The position numbers and the translations under genes were made by a program. A stretch of 64,000 bases of DNA, taken from positions 1-64,000 of the IMG/VR virus record IMGVR_UViG_3300035698_006348; one strand, given 5' to 3'. Positions 50,421 through 58,824 of the stretch are shown here, piece by piece. The number at the start of each line of letters is the position of its first letter. The stretch's first letter is position 1. The DNA is from a virus. Below the pieces are notes generated by a model. The model had not been told where the DNA came from. It ran no database searches and was given only the letters and a program-made list of their open reading frames with translations.

Positions 50421-51099
50421 GAGAATTACTATTCCAGACAGTAGAAAGCTTAGAAATCTTAGGCAATACAAAGATATGTCTGAAGATGAATTTAATGCAG
50501 TTATGGAAAAGAAACAGAAGAAAGTGTCTGTAAATAATTCGATGGAATCTCGTATTGAGGATAAAATCAATACCCTAGCTGTAGACTATGATTTAGACGA
50601 CCTAAATGCCAATGATATTATGATGCTTAGGGCTTTAGTACAAGCACTTATAAGTCTGGAAGATTATGAGATAGAAATTTATAAACTTAGGGGAGAAGGA
50701 ATTAATATTGGTAATATTGCTGTACTAGAAAAATTATCTAGGGTTTCTTCTGATTTACGTGCAGATATTAGCAAGTTTCAAACAGATTTAAATATAACAA
50801 GAAAATATAGAGCTTCCGATAAAGCAGAGTCAGTTGTAAAGGAATTAGAAACTCTAACGAAAAAAGCAAGAAAATTCTATAAAGAAAAAATGTCTTATGT
50901 TTTATGTCCAGAATGTAATATGTTACTTGCAACAATCTGGGTACACTATCCAGAAGTAAATAATAAACTAACCTTTATCTGTAATAGATTACTTGATGAG
51001 GATGGTAATAGATGTGGACATAAATTTTCTGTTACTACTAAAGAACTAATGGAAAAACATGGTGTGAATGTTGACCATTTTCCAGAGAGTATGAAATGA
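50410..51099 (+). CDS. Hypothetical protein, possibly terminase small subunit-like
   Basis: Helical with C-terminal CPEC..C..C; upstream in the same operon as terL (positional inference). Confidence 0.35.
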   Translation: MADKRITIPDSRKLRNLRQYKDMSEDEFNAVMEKKQKKVSVNNSMESRIEDKINTLAVDYDLDDLNANDIMMLRALVQALISLEDYEIEIYKLRGEGINIGNIAVLEKLSRVSSDLRADISKFQTDLNITRKYRASDKAESVVKELETLTKKARKFYKEKMSYVLCPECNMLLATIWVHYPEVNNKLTFICNRLLDEDGNRCGHKFSVTTKELMEKHGVNVDHFPESMK

Positions 51100-51356
51100 G
51101 TGATTTTATCTTTTTACATATAGGGTATTTTTTCTTTGGAATGATTATTGGTATAGTCCTGGCCTCTTTAAAAAATAAACAAAGTAGGCATTATGTAGTT
51201 AGACCGAAGAAACCAAATAAGCCTCCTAAAGTTCCAGCATATCCACAAGTAGGTAAAAATTGGATATTTTTTAATCCGACTGGTTCCTATGATGATGATC
51301 CATTTGTAGTGCAAGATAAAAGTATAAAGAGGTATAAAATTGGAAAAGGAAAATAA
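51096..51356 (+). CDS. Small membrane protein
   Basis: N-terminal TM helix. Confidence 0.5.
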   Translation: MSDFIFLHIGYFFFGMIIGIVLASLKNKQSRHYVVRPKKPNKPPKVPAYPQVGKNWIFFNPTGSYDDDPFVVQDKSIKRYKIGKGK

Positions 51357-52323
51357 AACAGCAGTAATTACTGGTGTTTATGGGCAAGATGGTAGTTACT
51401 TAGCAGAGTATCTTCTATCACTCAACTACACAGTATATGGAGTATCTAGACCAAAACATACTGGATACATTCCAGAGTATATGTATAAAATATTGGAGCA
51501 TGAGAATTTTAAAAGTGTATCAATTGATGTAATTGATGCTGGGGCTGTATTTGGAATTGTAAATCAGATAAAACCTGATGAGTATTATAATTTGGCTGCT
51601 ATCTCATTTATTCCTATTTCTTGGGATAATCCATCCTTAGTTTTGAATATAAATACAATTGGCACACTAAATGCTTTAGAGGCAATAAGAACTTGTTCAC
51701 CAAATACTAAGTTCTATCAAGCTAGTTCTAGTGAGATGTTTGGAAACTCTAGAGATGTTCCACAACATGAAAATACACCAATGAATCCAGAAAGTCCTTA
51801 TGCAATTTCAAAGGTAACTGGACATAATTATACAAATAACTATAAAGATAGTTATGGAATCTTTGCTGTATCTGGATTAGCATTTAATCATGAGTCTCCA
51901 CGTAGACGGAAGGAGTTTGTTACTAGAAAGATTACAAATGCTGTGGTTAGAATAAAAGCTGGTTTACAAGATAAATTATTTTTAGGGAATATTTCTGCTA
52001 AACGTGATTGGGGTTTTTCAGGGGATTACGTAAAAGCAATGTGGCTTATGCTACAAAATAGTGAGCCAACAGATTTTGTGATTGGAACAGGTATTGATTA
52101 TTCTGTCGAAGATTTCTGTAAAGAAGCCTTTAGCTATGTAAATTTAGACTATACTAAATATGTAGAAATTGACGAAAAGTATATTAGACCTGTAGATGTT
52201 CAACGATTGTTGGCAGACCCCTCTATGATTGAACAACGATTGAATTGGGTGTCTATTATTGGCTTTAGTGATCTTGTTTCTATGATGATGGAGCACGATA
52301 AAAGTTTAGTAGGGTTACATTAG
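51340..52323 (+). CDS. gmd: GDP-mannose 4,6-dehydratase
   Basis: ITG..GQDGSYLAE.LL, YNLAA.S, QASSSEMFG, SPYA.SK, FNHESPRR..EFVTRKI and RDWG motifs. Confidence 0.95.
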   Translation: MEKENKTAVITGVYGQDGSYLAEYLLSLNYTVYGVSRPKHTGYIPEYMYKILEHENFKSVSIDVIDAGAVFGIVNQIKPDEYYNLAAISFIPISWDNPSLVLNINTIGTLNALEAIRTCSPNTKFYQASSSEMFGNSRDVPQHENTPMNPESPYAISKVTGHNYTNNYKDSYGIFAVSGLAFNHESPRRRKEFVTRKITNAVVRIKAGLQDKLFLGNISAKRDWGFSGDYVKAMWLMLQNSEPTDFVIGTGIDYSVEDFCKEAFSYVNLDYTKYVEIDEKYIRPVDVQRLLADPSMIEQRLNWVSIIGFSDLVSMMMEHDKSLVGLH

Positions 52324-52336
52324 AAAGGAAAGGATT

Positions 52337-53242
52337 ATGAAGAACGTATTGCTTATTGCAGGTGGAAGACGAGTTGATCTTGGAAGACGCTTTGAACAAG
52401 CTGGTTATACTCCTATATTTTATGAATTATGTTCTACTGCACCAGTTTCTACTTATTTCAGAACTGTAAAAGGTTTGAAATGGGATGATAAGAAAATTTA
52501 CTGGGATATTGAAGATACAATTAAACGCTTTAATCCAAGTTTTGTATTTCCATTACAGGATGCTGCAATTCCTATCTTGGCTAGAATAAAACAAAGAGGC
52601 TACGATAATATTATTGTATCTGATGAAAAGACTGCTAATATTTGTACTGATAAACAATCTTTTGAAACCTTTATGTTAAGTAATTTTCCGTTTATTTACC
52701 CGTATCCAGAAGTACATAAGAAAATGATTGTGAAACCAAGATTTGGTTATGGATCAAGGGGAATTACAATAGAGGAGTCTCCAGAGCTTATAGTTCAACA
52801 TAATAAAGTATGTCAGAGATTTGTAGAGGGTGTGGAATATTCAGTTGATGCTTATTTTGATAAAAAGAATTCTTATGTAGATTCAGTACCTAGAATAAGA
52901 AATATAATTGGAAGGGGAGAAGTTGTTTCTAGTACTACAAAAGAAAATAAGCTCTTACAGTACTACGTAAAAGAAGTTGGAAGGAAACTTCAATTATATG
53001 GTCCAATTAATTTTCAGTTTATTGTAGGAAAGGGAGCACCAGCCCTAATAGAGATAAATGCTAGGTTTGGTGGTGGGATGACACTCTCTATGGAAGCAGG
53101 ATTAGATATTATTAAGTTACTAGAAATTGATCGTGGATTATCAAAAGAATGTTATAGTGTTGATAAATGGAGGAAAGGCTTAACAGTGGAAAGATCATAT
53201 CAAGACCACTTCTTTACTGAGCCTTGTACTCTAATGGGATAA
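52337..53242 (+). CDS. ATP-grasp protein (CarB-like, glycan-cluster type)
   Basis: GRRV.L, C.DK, KPRFG.GSRG, EYSVD and IEINARFGGG motifs. Confidence 0.85.
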   Translation: MKNVLLIAGGRRVDLGRRFEQAGYTPIFYELCSTAPVSTYFRTVKGLKWDDKKIYWDIEDTIKRFNPSFVFPLQDAAIPILARIKQRGYDNIIVSDEKTANICTDKQSFETFMLSNFPFIYPYPEVHKKMIVKPRFGYGSRGITIEESPELIVQHNKVCQRFVEGVEYSVDAYFDKKNSYVDSVPRIRNIIGRGEVVSSTTKENKLLQYYVKEVGRKLQLYGPINFQFIVGKGAPALIEINARFGGGMTLSMEAGLDIIKLLEIDRGLSKECYSVDKWRKGLTVERSYQDHFFTEPCTLMG

Positions 53243-53256
53243 ACGAAAGGAGTTTT

Positions 53257-53694
53257 ATGTTTACTTATACAGAAAATAGGAAATTAATTGGATATGCTTA
53301 TGTTTGTGGAGATATTCTCCATTATGGGCATGTGCTCCATTTACAAAACTGTAGAGCTTTATGTGATAAGTTAATAGTTGGCGTTCTAACAGATGAAGCT
53401 ATTATGGAAAAGAAACAGAAGCCAATTATCGGATTACGAGATAGAATGGAAATGGTTGAACTACTTCCATATGTAGATATTGTAGTACCACAGAATGATT
53501 ATTCACCTATATATAATATATGTGATATTGGTGTAGATGTTTTATTTGAAAGTACAAGTCATTCAAAAGAAGATTTAAAAGAAACATTTGATATCGCTAA
53601 AAAGAAAGGAATCAAAGTAAGAGTAATGCCTTATTATCCTAATAACAGTTCAACAGAAATAAAGGAGAAAATTAAATCTGAATGGAAGAAGTAA
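53257..53694 (+). CDS. Cytidylyltransferase (HxGH family, TagD-like)
   Basis: DILHYGH, LIVGVLTD, R...V...YVD and SSTEIK motifs. Confidence 0.85.
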   Translation: MFTYTENRKLIGYAYVCGDILHYGHVLHLQNCRALCDKLIVGVLTDEAIMEKKQKPIIGLRDRMEMVELLPYVDIVVPQNDYSPIYNICDIGVDVLFESTSHSKEDLKETFDIAKKKGIKVRVMPYYPNNSSTEIKEKIKSEWKK

Positions 53695-54092
53695 AGAGAG
53701 CAAGTTCAGCACTAAAAAGTATTATCTGGAGAGTTATGGGAGTTATTGTTTTAGCTACCATTACATATCTTGTTACTAGACAATGGATTGTTACCACGTA
53801 TATAACCGTTGTACATCATGCCACATTTCTGTTAGTTTTCTATCTGCATGATAGAGCATGGATGAAGTTTAAAAAAGATATTGGGTACTGGCGAAATGTT
53901 ATTAAAGCCTTTACATACGAAGTTATATTGGGAATGGGTATAGGTGGGTCTATTGTTTATTTATTCACAGGTAGTTGGTCTAGTGTAACACTTATCACAC
54001 CTATTTACACTGTTGTCAAAATAGTTATGTATTTCTTTTACGATAGGATTTGGGATGGAAAAAATAGATCAATTAAGAACATTAGTAAGTAG
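53682..54092 (+). CDS. DUF2061-like membrane protein (duplicated domain)
   Basis: KSIIWR...YLHDRAW and KAFTYE...FFYDRIW. Confidence 0.7.
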   Translation: MEEVKRASSALKSIIWRVMGVIVLATITYLVTRQWIVTTYITVVHHATFLLVFYLHDRAWMKFKKDIGYWRNVIKAFTYEVILGMGIGGSIVYLFTGSWSSVTLITPIYTVVKIVMYFFYDRIWDGKNRSIKNISK

Positions 54093-54597
54093 AACAGCTG
54101 AGTTTCTTATTAAAAATGGCATTGACTATTGGGCAGATTTTGGAACTTTGCTAGGTTTATACAGAGATGATGATATTATCCCGTGGGATACAGATGCTGA
54201 TATTTCTTTAGAAGATATTTGGCTTCCATATTTTATGCATATAAAAGATAAACTTGAGAGAAAGACCGGTTTTATAGTAAAAGGTAGTACAGAAGTTAGG
54301 GTCGTGTTTGAGGAGTCATTTCTAGATTTATATTTTTGGCACTTTGATAAAGATAAAATATTAGGTTACAATATAAATAAAGGATTTGAACATTTTAATA
54401 ATAGACTAGCTGTAGATCGTAATCATATCAATGAACTACCTAAAGTATTTGAATGGAAAAATAAACAGAAAATTCTATTCCCATCTAATCCAGAGGGTAG
54501 ACTTATACAATTATACGGTAAAGATTTTATGAAGCCAGATAAAACAATTAACTATTGGTCTTGGAAGAACTATTATGCTAGGAGTAGAAATAAATGA
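54055..54597 (+). CDS. LicD/fukutin family phosphotransferase
   Basis: YW.DFGTLLG.YR...IIPWD.DADI; P.NP...L.QLYG motifs. Confidence 0.85.
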   Translation: MEKIDQLRTLVSRTAEFLIKNGIDYWADFGTLLGLYRDDDIIPWDTDADISLEDIWLPYFMHIKDKLERKTGFIVKGSTEVRVVFEESFLDLYFWHFDKDKILGYNINKGFEHFNNRLAVDRNHINELPKVFEWKNKQKILFPSNPEGRLIQLYGKDFMKPDKTINYWSWKNYYARSRNK

Positions 54598-54887
54598 GTG
54601 ATACCATTGGAAGTCTTATAGATAAACTAATAACAGTAGATATGAAATTGTGGGATTCTCAAGATAAAGTTTATAAATTACGTAAAATGACAGAGGACGA
54701 ATTTAAAGAATTGTTCACAAACAGTCCTGATGAAATATTGGGATTTTGGAAGATATTAAATAAAGCAACTAATTTAAATGTACAAAGAAATGATTTGATT
54801 GAAGAAATTGACACGTTGCTTGTTGAAATGGGAAAGAGTGGGGCTGATGTTAGCAAATACATACAGAAAGCCCATAAAACTTATTAA
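54594..54887 (+). CDS. DUF4254-like protein
   Basis: TIGSLIDKL...KLW...LN.QRNDLIEEID. Confidence 0.65.
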   Translation: MSDTIGSLIDKLITVDMKLWDSQDKVYKLRKMTEDEFKELFTNSPDEILGFWKILNKATNLNVQRNDLIEEIDTLLVEMGKSGADVSKYIQKAHKTY

Positions 54888-54896
54888 GGAGTTAGT

Positions 54897-55334
54897 ATGA
54901 ATAATGAAACAAATCTCATAGTTTTTGTTAATAATACTCATGAGTTGGCGTTGTATGAAAAATTCTTTAGTGCTTTTGAGCATGTATTTATTCTTGCGAG
55001 TGAATATGTATATTGGCCAGTTGTTAAAAAGTATAAACATAGTAAAGGAAGTATTAGTGTATATGGGTTTGATAATAATATTGATATGGTAACTACAATC
55101 TTTACAGGATATAAATCAAATGCATTTTATGTTATTAGAGAGCATGTTGATGTAGAAATAATTTCAAAGATTAAACAAAGAGGAAATAAGTTAGATAAAT
55201 ACTTATGTTTATATGGTAATAAGGTTTCAGGGTTTACTAAACAAAGTAAAGAAATTAACGGAAAGGAGTTATTTGAATGTATAAAATCAACGTCTACGAA
55301 CCGACAATCTCGGGCGAAGAAATCAAAAAGGTAA
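54897..55334 (+). CDS. Hypothetical protein
   Basis: AGGAG RBS; within the glycan cluster. Confidence 0.55.
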   Translation: MNNETNLIVFVNNTHELALYEKFFSAFEHVFILASEYVYWPVVKKYKHSKGSISVYGFDNNIDMVTTIFTGYKSNAFYVIREHVDVEIISKIKQRGNKLDKYLCLYGNKVSGFTKQSKEINGKELFECIKSTSTNRQSRAKKSKR

Positions 55335-56404
55335 CAGCCGCAATAGATAGAAATGAAATAGCGATTGGCAAAGACTTAGATTTTGTTAGAACAGTTTTAA
55401 CAACTTTAACTAATTCCTCTTTTATTATTCCAGTAAATAGTGGAACAGCCGCTACACATCTTTTAGCAAAAGCTTTACAACTAAGAATGCCAAATAAAAG
55501 AATACGATTGGCAGTACCAAACAATGTTTTTGTAGCCGCTTGGAATAGTTTTTTATACGAAGATATATTTGACTTTTTTGTTGTAGATGCAGACCCATTT
55601 ACTTGGAATATTGATGTAGATCAACTTGTTTCTAATAGAGAAAACTATGACGCTGTGCTAGTTGTACATAATCTAGGTAATATAATAAATGTACCAGAAC
55701 TAAAAAGAATGCTTCCAGATAAGTTATTTGTTGAAGATAACTGTGAGGGATTTGCAGGTATGTACGAAGGATTTTTTACTCCTAGTGCTTCTTTAGCTGG
55801 TTCAATTTCCTTTTATGGGAATAAACTAATTACAAGTGGTGAAGGTGGGGCATTTGCAACAAATGACCCAGAGTTATTTAGAGAGATTCATAAGATTGTT
55901 GGTCAAGGGCAGAGTAATGTTAAGTTTATTCATCAGTGTCTTGGTTACAATTATAGAATGAGTAATTTACAGGCTGCTTTTTTATCTGGGCAACTTAGTA
56001 TTTTACCACAGTCACTTGGTAGAAAGAAAGAAATAATGGCAAGATATTACGAGAATTTAGCAGATACTTTTGGGGAACAACTTGATTATCAGTCACATGC
56101 TAATAAAACCTCGTTTAGCAATTGGATGCTAGGTTTTAGATTTCCAAGGCAGTCTACATATTCAACAGCAAATGCCTTTTTTGATGATAAGGGTATAGAA
56201 ACTAGGCCAATGTTTTATCCAATACATTATCATGGACATTTGAGTCATTTTTATGTGAAGAATACAGTTGCTGAACGACTATCAAGAGAATGTGTTATTT
56301 TTCCATCACATCCAAATATGACAATGAAAGATGTAGATTATGTTTCTGAACATATTATAAAATATATATCTATACTAAATAGCTCAAAGCTTCCAATGAT
56401 ATAA
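55277..56404 (+). CDS. DegT/DnrJ/StrS PLP sugar aminotransferase (perosamine synthase-like)
   Basis: NSGTAA.HL, VH..G, ED.CE, SFYGNKLITSGEGG, GYNYRMSNLQAA and ETRP motifs. Confidence 0.9.
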   Translation: MYKINVYEPTISGEEIKKVTAAIDRNEIAIGKDLDFVRTVLTTLTNSSFIIPVNSGTAATHLLAKALQLRMPNKRIRLAVPNNVFVAAWNSFLYEDIFDFFVVDADPFTWNIDVDQLVSNRENYDAVLVVHNLGNIINVPELKRMLPDKLFVEDNCEGFAGMYEGFFTPSASLAGSISFYGNKLITSGEGGAFATNDPELFREIHKIVGQGQSNVKFIHQCLGYNYRMSNLQAAFLSGQLSILPQSLGRKKEIMARYYENLADTFGEQLDYQSHANKTSFSNWMLGFRFPRQSTYSTANAFFDDKGIETRPMFYPIHYHGHLSHFYVKNTVAERLSRECVIFPSHPNMTMKDVDYVSEHIIKYISILNSSKLPMI

Positions 56405-56417
56405 AGGAACAGGAAAC

Positions 56418-57062
56418 ATGGCAAATATTTATGAGGTCGATTACAAAGTAATTGAAGATGATAGACTAGAAGCTTTACCAAGCATTCTATATGCAAAATA
56501 TAATGATTTAGTACTTGTTAGGAGAAGTATTTTTAACTTCCAAAATAGAGTACTTCCTAAAATTAATAATTCAATTGTATTAGAAATTGGGACAGCCTTT
56601 TTTGATAGTTATAGATCAAATCCTGTTTATAATTTAGTGGAAGATTTTTATGTTGATGTTCCTGTTAAAATGCAAGAACAAGGTAATAAATATATTAGCT
56701 GTGGATTAGATGATGAAATGGAGTTTGATTTTAATATTGATGCCATAGACTTACAATCAGTTATAGCAAATGATTACCTAGATTTTATTCTTGCTTTTGA
56801 TGTGTTTGAGCATTCTAAATATGTCATGGAATTACCTAAAGTCCTGAGCAATATTTTGAAACCAGGGGGTATTCTATTTTTTACTGTTCCATTTTATTGT
56901 AGAAAACATGATAATAAGAATGATTATTGGAGATTTACTGAGTTAGGTATTAGACAATTATTTGGTAAGTATTTTGATTTATATATAGAAAAAGTATTAT
57001 GGAAAGAAAACGATGGGGACACACCAGTACATATTGTAGTAAAGGCAGTAAACAATGTTTAA
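56418..57062 (+). CDS. Class I SAM-dependent methyltransferase
   Basis: VLEIG, VFEH, LKPGG..F.TVPF and DYWRFT..G motifs. Confidence 0.85.
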   Translation: MANIYEVDYKVIEDDRLEALPSILYAKYNDLVLVRRSIFNFQNRVLPKINNSIVLEIGTAFFDSYRSNPVYNLVEDFYVDVPVKMQEQGNKYISCGLDDEMEFDFNIDAIDLQSVIANDYLDFILAFDVFEHSKYVMELPKVLSNILKPGGILFFTVPFYCRKHDNKNDYWRFTELGIRQLFGKYFDLYIEKVLWKENDGDTPVHIVVKAVNNV

Positions 57063-57900
57063 TGTATTAGGATTTTATAATTACTTCGGTAATGGAGATT
57101 TATTTAATTCAAAAGAGTTTGTAAGGGACATTGTTGCTAATGTTCCTGCAAAAGAATATTATTACTTACATTTAAGAGACCCAAAGTTACTATATGATCT
57201 TGAGGGTGTAAAGTATAGTAAACCAAATTATCTATGCCAACCAAATAAACAATTTTACATAGAGAATAATGAATTATATATTAATACATGGATAGGTTTA
57301 GATAGTAAGTATGTCCTACCAGGTATTGGTTGTACACTAAAAAAGAATATAGATTTATATAATATGATTCTTAGTAAAACAGGTGTAAGTTTTAGATTAA
57401 CCAAACCAGCAGAGAATTATGTACCAACAATAGATTTTGATAGCTTATATTCAGTTGATGGATTAATTGGAAATATTCTAATATCAAATGGGCTTGTTTA
57501 TTCTAGTCAAGCAAAGAACTTTGATTTTACACCAATAATAGACAAGCTATCTGATAATTTTCCAAATGAGCACTTTGTGCTAACCTCTCCAACAAATTTA
57601 AAAAAGGAAAATATTTCTTATACAAATGATTTATTTCCATCATTGATTGGAGCAGATTTAAATGAGATAGGCTATCTAAGTACTAGGTCAAAACTAATTA
57701 TAGGGCGGTCTTCTGGACCATATGGTTTTTGTCAAAATAAACATAACCTATATACTAGCCCTAAAGACTTTATATCTTTTTGTTACCATAAAAACTGTGC
57801 TTCATTTGTACATGATATAAAAACAAATGCAACTATTACACACTCTTCTGCAACAGATGCAGAGGCAGTTTATAATGTAATTGCATCACATATAAGGTAA
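57055..57900 (+). CDS. GT-B (GT9-like) glycosyltransferase-like protein
   Basis: GNGD near the N-terminus; DLNEI.YLS....IIGRSSGP. Confidence 0.55.
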   Translation: MFNVLGFYNYFGNGDLFNSKEFVRDIVANVPAKEYYYLHLRDPKLLYDLEGVKYSKPNYLCQPNKQFYIENNELYINTWIGLDSKYVLPGIGCTLKKNIDLYNMILSKTGVSFRLTKPAENYVPTIDFDSLYSVDGLIGNILISNGLVYSSQAKNFDFTPIIDKLSDNFPNEHFVLTSPTNLKKENISYTNDLFPSLIGADLNEIGYLSTRSKLIIGRSSGPYGFCQNKHNLYTSPKDFISFCYHKNCASFVHDIKTNATITHSSATDAEAVYNVIASHIR

Positions 57901-57906
57901 AGGTAT

Positions 57907-58824
57907 ATGAATAAAAAACTTTTAGTAGGAATAGGTACTTTCGGGCTATTGGAATATACAAAACTAGCAATTAAATCAATTAAAGATACAGTAAAGAAAA
58001 CAGACTATGATATATTACTTATAGTTGGTAAGAATGGGGATGTTGAAACAATAAATTATGCAAAGGCAAATGGACTAAAACATATAGTCCATACAACTAA
58101 TAAAGGATTTCCGGCCTCTATAAATGATATGTATGATTATGCTTGGAAAGATAATGCTTATGAATATTTGCTTATTATGGGAAATGATGTTATAGCTTAT
58201 CCATATGCTGTTGATTCAATGGTAGAGGTAGCTGATACCACATTATATGATTGGGTATGCTCAAGAGAATTTAGTGTGCAAGCTCTTGTAAAAGCATTTC
58301 CAGTAACTTCCTCCTATTTTACAGGAAAAGCTTTCAAGTATAAATTTGGAAGTGGCCCATGTTGGGAATACTTTGATAAGTATAAAGAAAAGATTACAGT
58401 TAGCACCTCTGGTATGTCTGATACTCATAACTTAGGGTTATATAAGAAATCAATTTTTGATAAGGTTGGATATATTGATGTAAATTTCTATCCAGCCTAC
58501 TTTGAAGATAATGACTTTGCAAGGCGGTCTATGTTAGCAAATGTGAAATCTTGTACAGTTGATAATGCTTTTTATTTCCATTTCTGGAGTAGAGTTATAA
58601 ACGAAGGCTCTGGAGGATCAACTCCAAAATATTTCTCAAATAATCAGCAGTATTATATACAGAAATGGGGTGGACTCTTTACAAAAGAATTATATGATTT
58701 ACCATTTAATGGAAATGGGCATACCTTAGATGGAGACATATTTTTAAAATCAGAAATAAAAATAACGTCTAGAGAGGATGAACTCAATATAGCTAAATAT
58801 TGGACACATCTTGGGAGTGGTTAA
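57907..58824 (+). CDS. Glycosyltransferase family 2
   Basis: NKGF.ASIN, GYID.NF.PAYFED.DF.RR, F.H.WS and Y..KWG motifs. Confidence 0.85.
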   Translation: MNKKLLVGIGTFGLLEYTKLAIKSIKDTVKKTDYDILLIVGKNGDVETINYAKANGLKHIVHTTNKGFPASINDMYDYAWKDNAYEYLLIMGNDVIAYPYAVDSMVEVADTTLYDWVCSREFSVQALVKAFPVTSSYFTGKAFKYKFGSGPCWEYFDKYKEKITVSTSGMSDTHNLGLYKKSIFDKVGYIDVNFYPAYFEDNDFARRSMLANVKSCTVDNAFYFHFWSRVINEGSGGSTPKYFSNNQQYYIQKWGGLFTKELYDLPFNGNGHTLDGDIFLKSEIKITSREDELNIAKYWTHLGSG

